Origin: Octopus bimaculoides
Lineage: Eukaryota
Reading direction: 5' to 3'
DNA length: 57,123 bases
Assembly: GCF_001194135.2 (NCBI RefSeq)
Contig: NC_068982.1
Coordinates: 118,403,010-118,460,132, forward strand
This document shows positions 36,434-48,778 of the stretch, one piece after another. The position numbers and the translations under genes are program-made. The notes under the pieces were generated by a model, which worked only from the letters and a program-made list of their open reading frames with translations, ran no database searches and was not told where the DNA came from. Position 1 is the first letter of the stretch. Every line of letters begins with the position of its first letter.

Positions 36434-37487
36434 TATTATTATTATTATTATTATTACTATTATTATTNNNNNNNNNNNNNNNNNNNNNNNNNNNNNNNNN
36501 NNNNNNNNNNNNNNNNNNNNNNNNNNNNNNNNNNNNNNNNNNNNNNNNNNNNNNNNNNNNNNNNNNNNNNNNNNNNNNNNNNNNNNNNNNNNNNNNNNNN
36601 NNNNNNNNNNNNNNNNNNNNNNNNNNNNNNNNNNNNNNNNNNNNNNNNNNNNNNNNNNNNNNNNNNNNNNNNNNNNNNNNNNNNNNNNNNNNNNNNNNNN
36701 NNNNNNNNNNNNNNNNNNNNNNNNNNNNNNNNNNNNNNNNNNNNNNNNNNNNNNNNNNNNNNNNNNNNNNNNNNNNNNNNNNNNNNNNNNNNNNNNNNNN
36801 NNNNNNNNNNNNNNNNNNNNNNNNNNNNNNNNNNNNNNNNNNNNNNNNNNNNNNNNNNNNNNNNNNNNNNNNNNNNNNNNNNNNNNNNNNNNNNNNNNNN
36901 NNNNNNNNNNNNNNNNNNNNNNNNNNNNNNNNNNNNNNNNNNNNNNNNNNNNNNNNNNNNNNNNNNNNNNNNNNNNNNNNNNNNNNNNNNNNNNNNNNNN
37001 NNNNNNNNNNNNNNNNNNNNNNNNNNNNNNNNNNNNNNNNNNNNNNNNNNNNNNNNNNNNNNNNNNNNNNNNNNNNNNNNNCGTCTGTCTTTCTCAAGTT
37101 CAAACCAAAAGGTGATTGAAAATTCAAAATTTCAGAAACCAAACGTAGACTATGAACGTGAGTAATCAGCGTCCATACGTTGATAGAATGACATCATCAG
37201 CTTTTGTCAGTTTATTATTATTATTATTTTTTTATTATTATTTCATATATGCACAGCAGAGTAGACTTTTTGAAAAGAAAAGATCCTAACATTCGGGCTA
37301 CCAGAAGTAACCTTAGATGGCGAGCACCATTTTAAGTATTCTAGTTGTACCTAATAACAATGTTTTCTGGAGTTGTACTAAACTAGGTTTTATGCCTATT
37401 CACTCTATCCATCTGTTCAAATCTTTAGGGTTAGTTCCTAATTTCATTATTGTTGTTGTTGTTCTTGTTATTATCATTATCATTATT

Positions 37488-38054
37488 ATTGAGTAAGAGA
37501 GAAGTGCATGCCATCAAAGTGACACTAGGGTAAAATTTACGAAGCCCATTATACCCATCATGACTACTCGTCTGATAAGGGTACACCAGGCACATGCATC
37601 ACAACCATACGTGTGCGACATTGTGANNNNNNNNNNCATGATAAAGAGCACATGACTTCGCAGGTGGAGCCCAGTTAGAATTTTCTGCATGTCGAGTAGC
37701 CCATCCTGCTCAAAAGGTCCCTGAATAGGGTTTGTTTAAGGTTGTTGAGCAAAACATCCATGTCCATGTTTCCAAAGGTGAATTATTCAAACCCCAAAGA
37801 ATTTCTCTCAACACATGGCTATGATGCTCCTCTATTACTTCTGCTCATGATCAGAGGTGCACGTATCGTCAGCCACCAAGGGACATGCTCAACTGGTTAA
37901 GGTTAAACCACTGACAAACAAATCTGTGGTATTGAGCAGAATATTTCCTGTAGCCCATCTTTTTATTCCAAGACAAAACAATGTACATGATAACATTTCC
38001 AATCAATTAAGATCAGAAGCCATAAGAACCACTGCCTGGTACTGCATCCGGGCC
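37488..38054 (-). mobile_element. Family D element, second copy (inverted relative to 5744-6331)
   Basis: Colinear reverse complement of 5744-6331 with the same start and end points; flanked by (ATT)n. Confidence 0.8.
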
Positions 38055-38117
38055 GTTATCATTATTATTATTATCATTATTATTATTATTCATTGTGTGA
38101 GAGATATCTTGGTACAT

Positions 38118-38186
<69 letters not shown>

Positions 38187-38205
38187 CACTACTACCACTA
38201 TTAAA

Positions 38206-38720
38206 AAGGTGGCGAGCTGGACGAATCATTACCACGCCGAGTGAAATGTTTTACGGTATTTCGTCTTTCTTTACATTCTGAGCGCAAATTCCGCCAAGGT
38301 TGACTTTGCCTTTCATCCTTTCGGGGTCGATGCATTAAATATAATTTGCGTACTGGGATCGATCTAATCATTTGGCCCCCTCACACAAAATTTCGGGCCT
38401 TGTACCTAGAGGAGAAAAGATAATTATTTTTATCGAGACGTCGATGTAGCAGAATCTTTAGCACGCTAGATAACAGGCTCATGAGTATTTCGCCCGTCAC
38501 TATGTTCTGAGTTGAAATTCCGCCGAGCTCCACTTTACCTTTCTTTCTTTCTTTCTTCCTTTCTTTATTTCTTTCTTTCTTTCTTTCTTTCTCTCTTTCT
38601 TTCTTTCTTTCTTTCTTTCTTCCTTTCAGGATTGATAACTGAGGTACCAGTGGAACATTGGGGGCCGATGTAATGGACTGGTCCACTCCCTACAAATTTC
38701 AGGCTTACAGCAGAAAGGAT
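38206..38720 (+). mobile_element. Two tandem SINE family C copies; the second has a (CTTT)n expansion in its core
   Basis: aaggtggcgagctggacgaatc... (38206) and gagacgtcgatgtagcagaatc... (38435). Confidence 0.85.
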
Positions 38721-38809
38721 TATTATTATTATTTCTTTTTTCTTCTTTCTTCAAATTTTCTTCAAATTTCATGACTTGTACCTTAGTAGAAAGGGCTATA
38801 ATTATTACT

Positions 38810-38814
38810 AAGCA

Positions 38815-38881
<67 letters not shown>

Positions 38882-40070
38882 GTAGTTGTCGTTTGCGTTT
38901 GTGGTGATAGTGGTGGTGGTAGCGGTTCTATTCTTGCTATTATCGTTGTGGTTTTGAGGGAAGTATTAGTACTTGGTAGTGATTATCATAATAAAATGCT
39001 GAAAGTGGCAGTAACGACCATGACTATGATAGCGCTGACGATGAAAAATGTAGCTTATGCTGATTTGAGTACGATAATAATGCCGATATTAATGAGAAAA
39101 GAGGAGGGGGATATGTTGATAATCAACTTCATGATGATGATGATGATTATGATGATGATAATGATGATGACGACGACGATGATGATGATGATGGTGATGA
39201 TGATGATGATGATGACGACGATGATGATGGTGATGATGATAATGATGAGGATGATGATGAGGATAATGATGAGGAGGACGACGACTATGATGACTATGGT
39301 GTTGGTGGTAGTGCTGGAGATGATGAAGATTAGGCGGGTGATGACGATCTCGATGATGATGATGATGACAACGACTACGATCGTGATTACAATTATGATA
39401 AAAATATAGATAATCGTAATTTCAAGTCTACTTATGATAATCAAGCTGATAATCACAATGGCAATCAGGATCATAATTACGTTGATAATTATGATTGTCA
39501 TGAATTTTACAATAATAAAGATTACTGTTTGCTATGACTGTGGCAAATGAGGATAAATTTCATATGCAACAGGGTATGGTAAAGGTAATCCTCAGACAAT
39601 CAACCTCTACTTGAGCATCATGATTAACCATTGTGATGATGATGATGCTGATCTTCATCATCTTCAATATCACAACCACTATCAACACCACCACCACTAA
39701 AGCCAAGGAACCATTACAACCATTATGGAATACCTCGTTATCGCCAGCACCATTCCTGTTAGTCCGACCATTGCCAGTACTACAACCACCACCGAGAACT
39801 AAAACATCCTTACGACAACCGTTGCCAACCATAACACCACCACCACCACCTCCACCACCACTGTAATCATTAAACAACAAACACCGCCACCAACACCACT
39901 GTCATCATTATCAACAAACACTAAGACTGCAAACACCACCATCTTATCTTGATCATCTTCCCCTTCCTCCTCTTCATCGTCGTCGTCGTCGTCGTCGTCT
40001 TCATCATGGTCATTATCATCATAGTCGTCGTTGTTGTTGTCGTTGTCAACGTCATCCGTCGACGTCGTCA
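38810..40070. repeat. Long degenerate trinucleotide region: (ATT)n, then (GAT)n-like (38990-39530), then (CAC/CAT)n-like (39630-40070)
   Basis: Triplet periodicity is visible across about 1.2 kb. Confidence 0.85.
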
Positions 40071-40403
40071 TCGCTCTAATGAAGATGGTAATCTAAAAAT
40101 TACAGCAGACTAAAATAACTATTTTCATGATAGAATGAGATTATGATAAAGATTACAACGCTTTGGCAACAGCGATGATGACTGTTACTCTTGCTATATA
40201 CCAGGTACTATTCAATACTACAGCGAAAATGAGGTTTATGATATTTCATATAGAAATAGCGAGTTACTTACATCTTCACATGCATCTCTATATACAGGCA
40301 CACACACATGTATATGCCTATACGAATATTTATATGTATGTATATTACCTATTCCAATATATATATATATATATGTGTGTCTGTGTGTGTGTGTGTGTCT
40401 GTA

Positions 40404-40621
40404 TGTGTTATTTCTTTACGACCCACAAGGGGCTACACACAGAGTGGACAAACAAGGACAGACAAACGGATTAAGTCGGTTATACCGACCCCAGTGCGTA
40501 ACTGGTACTTATTTAATCGACCCCGAAAGGATGAAAGGCAAAGTCGACCTCGGCGGAATTTGAACTCAGAACATAGTTGCAGACGAAATACCGCTAAGCA
40601 TTTCGTCCGGTGTGCTAACGT
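40404..40621 (-). mobile_element. SINE family C with an alternative 3' tail
   Basis: Core matches SINE-C closely; tail on the minus strand reads aatccgtttgtctgtccttgtttgtccactctgtgtgtagccccttgtgggtcgtaaagaaataa. Confidence 0.9.
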
Positions 40622-40990
40622 NNNNNNNNNNNNNNNNNNNNNNNNNNNNNNNNNNNNNNNNNNNNNNNNNNNNNNNNNNNNNNNNNNNNNNNNNNNNNNN
40701 NNNNNNNNNNNNNNNNNNNNNNNNNNNNNNNNNNNNNNNNNNNNNNNNNNNNNNNNNNNNNNNNNNNNNNNNNNNNNNNNNNNNNNNNNNNNNNNNNNNN
40801 NNNNNNNNNNNNNNNNNNNNNNNNNNNNNNNNNNNNNNNNNNNNNNNNNNNNNNNNNNNNNNNNNNNNNNNNNNNNNNNNNNNNNNNNNNNNNNNNNNNN
40901 NNNNNNNNNNNNNNNNNNNNNNNNNNNNNNNNNNNNNNNNNNNNNNNNNNNNNNNNNNNNNNNNNNNNNNNNNNNNNNNNNNNNNTAAAC

Positions 40991-41034
<44 letters not shown>

Positions 41035-41750
41035 ATGTGTGTGTGTATGTGTGTGTGTGTCGGTGTGTGTGTTTGTGTGACATATTTTAGTGTGCGTGTG
41101 TGTGTATATATTGCGTATGTGTATGCATATATACATATATATGCGCACGTACATCACACATACACATACACACTCCCACATACGCACAGGCATAACGCAT
41201 GTATTTTCAAATGCACACACACACAGGCATATAAACATACATATGCACACATACACCCACACGTACAAATTTATGTATGTGTACAACATATATACATGCA
41301 TATATACAGCCATACATATTTTATGATTCCGCTTGGGCATAGCGATGTTAATAATCAGCTGTTGGAACTCAATATACTTACGCTTTACAGTTAGCTGCCA
41401 GGTCAGTATAGACCGTAATATCAATTAATAAATGATAGAAGAACGGTAGTTAGCTAATAACTTTTATTAGCTTACACCTGTTTCCGATATAGATTACGGT
41501 GCCCTATGAGTTGAAGGATCATACAACCTCCAGCTTCCAACGATATGTGTCAGTATTGCAGAAAGTATATGAATCTATAAACAATTTATGAATATATTGT
41601 TTAGTACATTTCAGGATACAGTTATCTTGAGCAATGATAAATACGTATATATATATATATATATACGAATATTTGGACCAGAAGAAAATACATAACCGTT
41701 ATGGAGAAACACATATAACATACACACCCATGCATACACACACGCACATA

Positions 41751-41789
<39 letters not shown>

Positions 41790-42629
41790 NNNNNNNNNNN
41801 NNNNNNNNNNNNNNNNNNNNNNNNNNNNNNNNNNNNNNNNNNNNNNNNNNNNNNNNNNNNNNNNNNNNNNNNNNNNNNNNNNNNNNNNNNNNNNNNNNNN
41901 NNNNNNNNNNNNNNNNNNNNNNNNNNNNNNNNNNNNNNNNNNNNNNNNNNNNNNNNNNNNNNNNNNNNNNNNNNNNNNNNNNNNNNNNNNNNNNNNNNNN
42001 NNNNNNNNNNNNNNNNNNNNNNNNNNNNNNNNNNNNNNNNNNNNNNNNNNNNNNNNNNNNNNNNNNNNNNNNNNNNNNNNNNNNNNNNNNNNNNNNNNNN
42101 NNNNNNNNNNNNNNNNNNNNNNNNNNNNNNNNNNNNNNNNNNNNNNNNNNNNNNNNNNNNNNNNNNNNNNNNNNNNNNNNNNNNNNNNNNNNNNNNNNNN
42201 NNNNNNNNNNNNNNNNNNNNNNNNNNNNNNNNNNNNNNNNNNNNNNNNNNNNNNNNNNNNNNNNNNNNNNNNNNNNNNNNNNNNNNNNNNNNNNNNNNNN
42301 NNNNNNNNNNNNNNNNNNNNNNNNNNNNNNNNNNNNNNNNNNNNNNNNNNNNNNNNNNNNNNNNNNNNNNNNNNNNNNNNNNNNNNNNNNNNNNNNNNNN
42401 NNNNNNNNNNNNNNNNNNNNNNNNNNNNNNNNNNNNNNNNNNNNNNNNNNNNNNNNNNNNNNNNNNNNNNNNNNNNNNNNNNNNNNNNNNNNNNNNNNNN
42501 NNNNNNNNNNNNNNNNNNNNNNNNNNNNNNNNNNNNNNNNNNNNNNNNNNNNNNNNNNNNNNNNNNNNNNNNNNNNNNNNNNNNNNNNNNNNNNNNNNNN
42601 NNNATATATATATATATATATATATAGTT

Positions 42630-42800
42630 CAAATATACAGGAAACAAAAGGCGAAGACAGGTGTAGGAACAACTAGCAAGTGTATTGGTTTAACTCTCTG
42701 GAAAATGGAGAAGTATTTCACATTTCGAAGCTACGCTCCTCGACACAAAGGATTAAGACAAAAAAGTGGAGAGAGAATAAAAAATAAAAAGGGAGATAGA
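42630..42800 (-). mobile_element. Short repeat relic with a hammerhead-like core (possible Penelope-like terminus)
   Basis: Minus strand ttt-gtgtcga-ggagc(gta)gcttc-gaaa-tgt-g-aaa at 42716-42749. Confidence 0.35.
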
Positions 42801-43019
42801 AAAAAGTACAGATATCCGTGGCTCAACATGGCGAGGTGATGGGAAAAAAGAAATTGAATTAAAGGGAGATCATAATAATAATTATAACGGTAAAGATAAT
42901 GGTGACCACAACGAACAAAGGTACGCAAGCGTGTGTGTGTATGAGTATGATGTGTATGAGTGTGTGTGAATGGGAGTGAGTGAGTCTAAAGTGTATATTA
43001 ATAAATACATATGCCCCAA

Positions 43020-43432
43020 AATGCTTGATGTAGTTTCGTATGTTTTCTCTTTCTGATTAAAATTCTGCCGACGTCAGTTTTGCCTTTGATACATTCGGAG
43101 CCCTAAAAGAAGTACCAGTTGATTACTAGAGACGCTGTAATCGACTAATCCCTTCAACCAATCTTGCTGGCCCTGTGTCAAAATTGGAAGTAATATTATT
43201 ACACATCTTAAGGCGCCGAGCTAATACTATCATTAGCAGGCCGAGCAAAATGTTTAACAGCATTCCATCCGTCTTTATGTTCTGAGTTCAAATTCCTCCG
43301 AGGTCAACTTTGCCATTCATCATATCAGGGTCGATAAAATAAGTGCCCTACGAGCATTGGGATTAATCAAATCGATTAACACCCGTTCTCAAAATTGCGC
43401 ACTTAGTGACAAAATTTGAAACCAGTTTTATT
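43020..43432 (+). mobile_element. Two tandem SINE family C copies (first is 5'-degenerate; second starts at about 43209)
   Basis: aaattctgccgacgtcagttttgcctttg... and aaggcgccgagctaatactatc...gagttcaaattcctccgaggtcaactttgcc. Confidence 0.85.
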
Positions 43433-45163
43433 ATACTTATTGAAATATATTTTCAGGTACATACCCTAATGTAGAAACGCCAACCAAGATCACATATATT
43501 CTTCTCTTTATACATTGATGCCTCTCTGTTATAATCGTTTGAAGGAGTGCAATATGATAACAGGTTCTGAAATTAGTCTTTAGTTAACTCTCAACTCTCC
43601 ATCACACAACATTGACATAATGATTAGTGATGTGACCACTGTTGTTCCTAATCTGACTAAAGAAATGAAATGAAAACTATCAAGAAGGAACAGAAAGAGA
43701 ACCACCCCGTGATTGCACGTCCCACATGAACTAGATCAGAATTTACAGGTGGTAAATTATATTAAAATAATAATTTTACCACATATAAAGCGTCAGCGAT
43801 GATTACTCCGTTGAGTAAGTGATAACCAGCGGCCAAACAGCTATTATGTGGATGCATGTAAGAAATAATCGATACATATGAATACATATACTCATTTACA
43901 ATTTACATACTCGTAGACAATACTGCCTGAGGTGTATGCTTCTATGAGTACGCGTCGACTGTGTGTGTAAATTAATTCACACTTATAAATCCAATTAACC
44001 AGAACACTTAAAATATGTTTTGTTGTTATTGTTTATATTTAAATTTACAGTGAATGAGTAGAAATAAGATCAAACATTTGCCATCCTTATATTTATAAAG
44101 ATATCTCTTATGTACAGTCGCACCATCTAATGTGTTCATTAATTCAAAACTTACCGGTATTATCTGGAGTGGATTTACTGCGATGTCTAAGAATTTATAG
44201 CTGTAATTACCTATCATGTATTGTAAGCAGAAGTATTTTCAAATAAATAGTGGAGGATTTAATAGGAAAATCGAATATCCTAAGCGACCAGACATGTATA
44301 CTCGTCATTTTGTCTACATTGAGCGCTAAACATGCTAATGTCTTTCAAAGTTTGCATCATTGTGCAGGAAATACCATGAGAAATACCCGTCAAGACCCAC
44401 TCTACGCACTAGGCAAAATATGCCTATTTACGCACGATTTCTAAATCTAACTAAAAGGATACAAACTAACTAATAAAAACAAGGCTTAGAACATTCCGAC
44501 GCCAAAAAGACGGTTGAGAGCCTCGACATATGTTTTTGCCTGTCACTTGATATGGGCTTAAATAATTACAAATTTTGTTTTGAGCAAATATACTTAGTGA
44601 TATGCATGCCCATTAATCTATAGGTTTCTTCAAAATTACTATAATTTTTCGATTGCATTGTCCAGGTCGTGTAATCAGCATAATGTCTAGAATATATGAA
44701 GCAAAATATGTCAAAGAAGACACGTTCTAGTACGAGAAGGGAGAACCAATTTTAGGGATGGGAAATGCGGTGCATATTATAGGAATGGCTTAGTGTACTG
44801 TATACTTGGTGCCGACTTTACTGCCAATATTTATTCACCTGCTATAATTTAATCTATTCCACATTCTGTCTTGCACTATACTATCCGATTATGGAGCAGA
44901 AGTTAACAACGAGCTGGACTCCGCTGAACAACACAAGACAATAAAATGCTTGTATGGGGTGTAATGCCAAATTTACTGTAAACAGTACCTCAGTGTTTCC
45001 ACATGATTACTCCTGTTATTTTGTTAACATCAGAACGGTGGTTTCTGTGATAAAATAAAAAACGAATCCTCCAAATTGAAATTCACAGAGAATGCAAAAA
45101 TGCGCGAGTACGCGCGAGCGCACGCACACATATGCATAAATACATACATACATACATATAGAT

Positions 45164-45691
45164 AATTATGCAGATAAAGAAATTAAATACATCAAATAAT
45201 ATATAAGATATATTAAACTCAAAACGAGAGAAAGTAAAATGTGGAGACTTTCACTTGATGAACTTTTAAGCATAAATATATAGATATTTGCATTAATACG
45301 TCCAACTTACACAAAGTACAAATGGAAGAAATAGCTGAAAAGTAAGATCTTTTCTACCCTTAAGACGGAGGATAATCTTATCCAATGTTAATTGCATCCA
45401 TACGAATGTTCATTGTATTGAACTCAATCTACCAACGCTATTATGGATCTCCGAGTCCCCAGAAACTGCTGTTGGACTTACAACACTTCTCCTTTTAATT
45501 TTCTTTGTTGTTTGTACTCTGTGTTACTTATACGTATTAATATAAATATCTATATAATTATACTTAAAAATTCATCATCTGAAAGTCTCCACATTTTGTT
45601 TTCTCTCGTTTTGCATGTATAAATATATACATATTTTTAGTTTAATACATTTAAAATATCTAATGCATCTAATTTATTTATCTGCATAATT
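45164..45691. mobile_element. MITE/foldback-like element with ~190-bp terminal inverted repeats
   Basis: 45220-45289 vs 45544-45613 match 63/70 in reverse complement; outer aattatgcagataaa/tttatctgcataatt; non-repeated spacer of about 140 bp. Confidence 0.75.
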
Positions 45692-45813
45692 TTCTCTATA
45701 CCCGCTAAACATGTAGGATGGTCCCCTGTAAAGTCATCGAAGTCTAAGTTTAAATGCTTTGACTACAAGTATGCGTCTTCTAAACGGAGGATCTCTAGAT
45801 CTTATCTGTGAAG

Positions 45814-45862
<49 letters not shown>

Positions 45863-46474
45863 GCATCAAGTAATGCATAAACTAACGTACATACACACTC
45901 ACGTATATGTAATATGCATACTTCTATGAATGAGTAGTAAAAGATATGATTTCAGACAATCATAGAACATTTCCCCTTAGAGATTCGGCTATTGGTCCAC
46001 ATAATAATCAATTACAAAGTAGTGTAATGCAGAGTGTCAATGTTACAAGAAATTAAAAAAATATATCTAAGTGATGCTTTTCTTTCATGAGGAATATATA
46101 GAGGTTCGAGAAGTGAATGAATACTTAGTTAACCACATGGATTCCCCCGAAATTCGTCCATTTCGTAACATTATCCATGTACAATTAATTTAATATGGAA
46201 CGATTTATGTATACTTAGGTCTATTAATTGTGGGTGTAACCATGCTGTTCCACTGATCTAAAGTGCTGGATTCTTTATTTGTATTAATTTGTAAATTTCT
46301 ATTTGCATTCTATAATGCTTAGCATATATTTTAATGCGAACATATACGCATATTTTGTTTCACACTGGAACTGATACTACGTGAAGAAAGTTTCGAAACA
46401 ACCGTATTGCTGTGGACTTCATGAGGCTAAAAAATGTATATTCACGTCTCATATCTACAAACTTTTTGATATCA

Positions 46475-46519
<45 letters not shown>

Positions 46520-46536
46520 TTGTGTGTGTGCCTGTA

Positions 46537-46583
<47 letters not shown>

Positions 46584-46585
46584 GT

Positions 46586-46741
46586 TTTATTAATGAATCT
46601 GCAAAGACATCACAAAAACTGTTACACAGGGTTTCACGTTCCAACTCGTCGTACAGATTTGGTCGAGAAACTGCCCGACGAACGGGAACGTGAAACTCTG
46701 TGTAACAGTTTTTGTGATGTCATTGCAGCTTTATTAATAAA
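46586..46741. ncRNA. 156-bp palindrome of two head-to-head minimal hammerhead-like motifs
   Basis: Arms match 42/44 (46599-46642 vs 46685-46728). Plus-strand arm: aaactg-c-CCGACGA-acg(ggaa)cgt-GAAA-c-tctgt-gt-A-a-cagttt, ending in AATAAA. Confidence 0.6.
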
Positions 46742-46961
46742 TTATATAAACGACGGTGCATCAGCATGGCCGCAGATCTGAGCTAAAACTACAGAATTTT
46801 TTTTATATATATACATATATATNNNNNNNNNNNNNNNNNNNNNNNNNNNNNNNNNNNNNNNNNNNNNNNNNNNNNNNNNNNNNNNNNNNNNNNNNNNNNN
46901 NNNNNNNNNNNNNNNNNNNNNNNNNNNNNNNNNNNNNNNNNNNNNNNNNNNNNNNNNNNNN

Positions 46962-46995
<34 letters not shown>

Positions 46996-48778
46996 CATAG
47001 AAATCCCAATATATATTGATGCATGTGAGTGCGTGAGCGCGCCTGTTTATGCTTGCTTAACCTATATAGAATAAATGAGAAGCAGAATAATATATGAGAC
47101 TGAGCGAATACAGTGATAAGAACAGAGACAAATGTAGAGAACGTCAAAGGGATTGTGCTGGCATGAATTCGTTTTCATGTGTGTATTTAGCACCTGATCT
47201 GTAAAACGAAATTCATAAGAATGGGATTTAAAATGACATGAATGACTAAGCCTAGGAGTAGGCTATTGATATTTTTAACTGTTCGCTATAAGATGTTCTT
47301 ATATTTGGTTATAACATGTTTCTTAATAATTCTCGGTTATAAATGTTCTCAAGAAATGCTGTTTATTTGAGAAAAAGAGAAAACGTATTACAGATTTAAA
47401 ATGTGGTCGAAATCTATTATATAATATAAACACTATATTTCCAGATTGGAAGGAAACACAATTTCTTCATATAATAGAATTACATTTCGCGGAATAATCG
47501 CAAAATTGTTGTTCCGAATTTCAGTGCTTCTCTTTAAGCTTCGAATGGACGATTTTATTAAATGGAAATAACGCCAGAAAAGTTTGAACATAATGAAATA
47601 TTCAAGTATAGAAAGTTTCTGAGTTGAATTTTGATGTGTTTGGTGCCTGACAAGCACGATATCAATTTGGCATGGAGACGTTAAATGAAAAGGGATGCGA
47701 TTGGTTCGGTGATCACGTGCAATGATTTATTTTAATATCAATCATTGTAAATGTTAACAAATAACGAGAGGTAAGAATAAACGAAACCCAGTGGTATAAA
47801 ATGTCAGGTACGATATGGCATTTGTATAAAATTGCAAATATATTAAAGCGTAAACAATAAAAACGACTCTCTAGAACTTGGAGGAGTATAATCATTGACA
47901 TAGAATGACAATAAAAATCAGAAGAATTTCGTTCAACATATAATCTCAAAAGGTATGTGATCAACTGCAATGATATATTCTGACATCATCAAATGTAGTT
48001 GCCATTCAAACAACACGCAATGATTTGTAGGCCGGATTGATGGTATAAGATTCATTTCGTTACTGTAACGTAGAGCAGCACCCACACACTTTAGTTTAAA
48101 TGTTCGTGTTATTGCTGTAGTTTCTAATATTGCTAATATGTATACATGTGTTTGCATTTCTGCAGCTGCCATCTATTTAGTTACAAATATTACTGATACC
48201 ACTACCGCATATTGTTTACGCTAAATAGTAATACATACTTCGGAAATATGTTTTGAAGTTGTAGGGATATTGAATTAGACTTATACTGTCACGACATAAA
48301 ATGTCTCAAGGGTAGAAACATTGAGAGACAATTAGAAGTCTTCCTTCAAACAGAGAGGTGTGAAGACTGCTTTCTTCACTTTTAGTTTCTTACTGCACCT
48401 CAAGAGTAGTAATTATACGAATAATCGTTGATGTTTCGTAAAGTGACACGAGCGTAGATCCCTAATCATACTTGAAAATAATTTAGCTTAAATCTGTGTT
48501 CTCTTATAAATTACTGCACCAGAATTCCTCAATCATATTGAATTGCTCGTGCAATCATACCTTTTATCTTATTCTAACTAAAATTCTGGTTACTCATTAC
48601 ACATTAATCAGTGATATAACGATGGTGTTTGTATGGATGCAATCTTATTTCTTTCATTGGATCAAAATACGTGTTAAGCAAGAAATGTCCACTCTCTGTA
48701 GCTTTCTCACTCTTTCTCCACTAGTCCTATAATTTTTAGATCTCATGCCTTATAACCTTTACATAAAGAAAATATATT

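Noticed and set aside
44848-44964. Ankyrin-like ILSDYGAEVN peptide
   Set aside because: No TPLH motif, no suitable acceptor, and a short frame bounded by stops.
1017-47147. Long ORFs in the track (up to 405 aa) with X runs and YI/CV/HT/poly-residue tracts
   Set aside because: They are translations of N gaps and di- or trinucleotide microsatellites.
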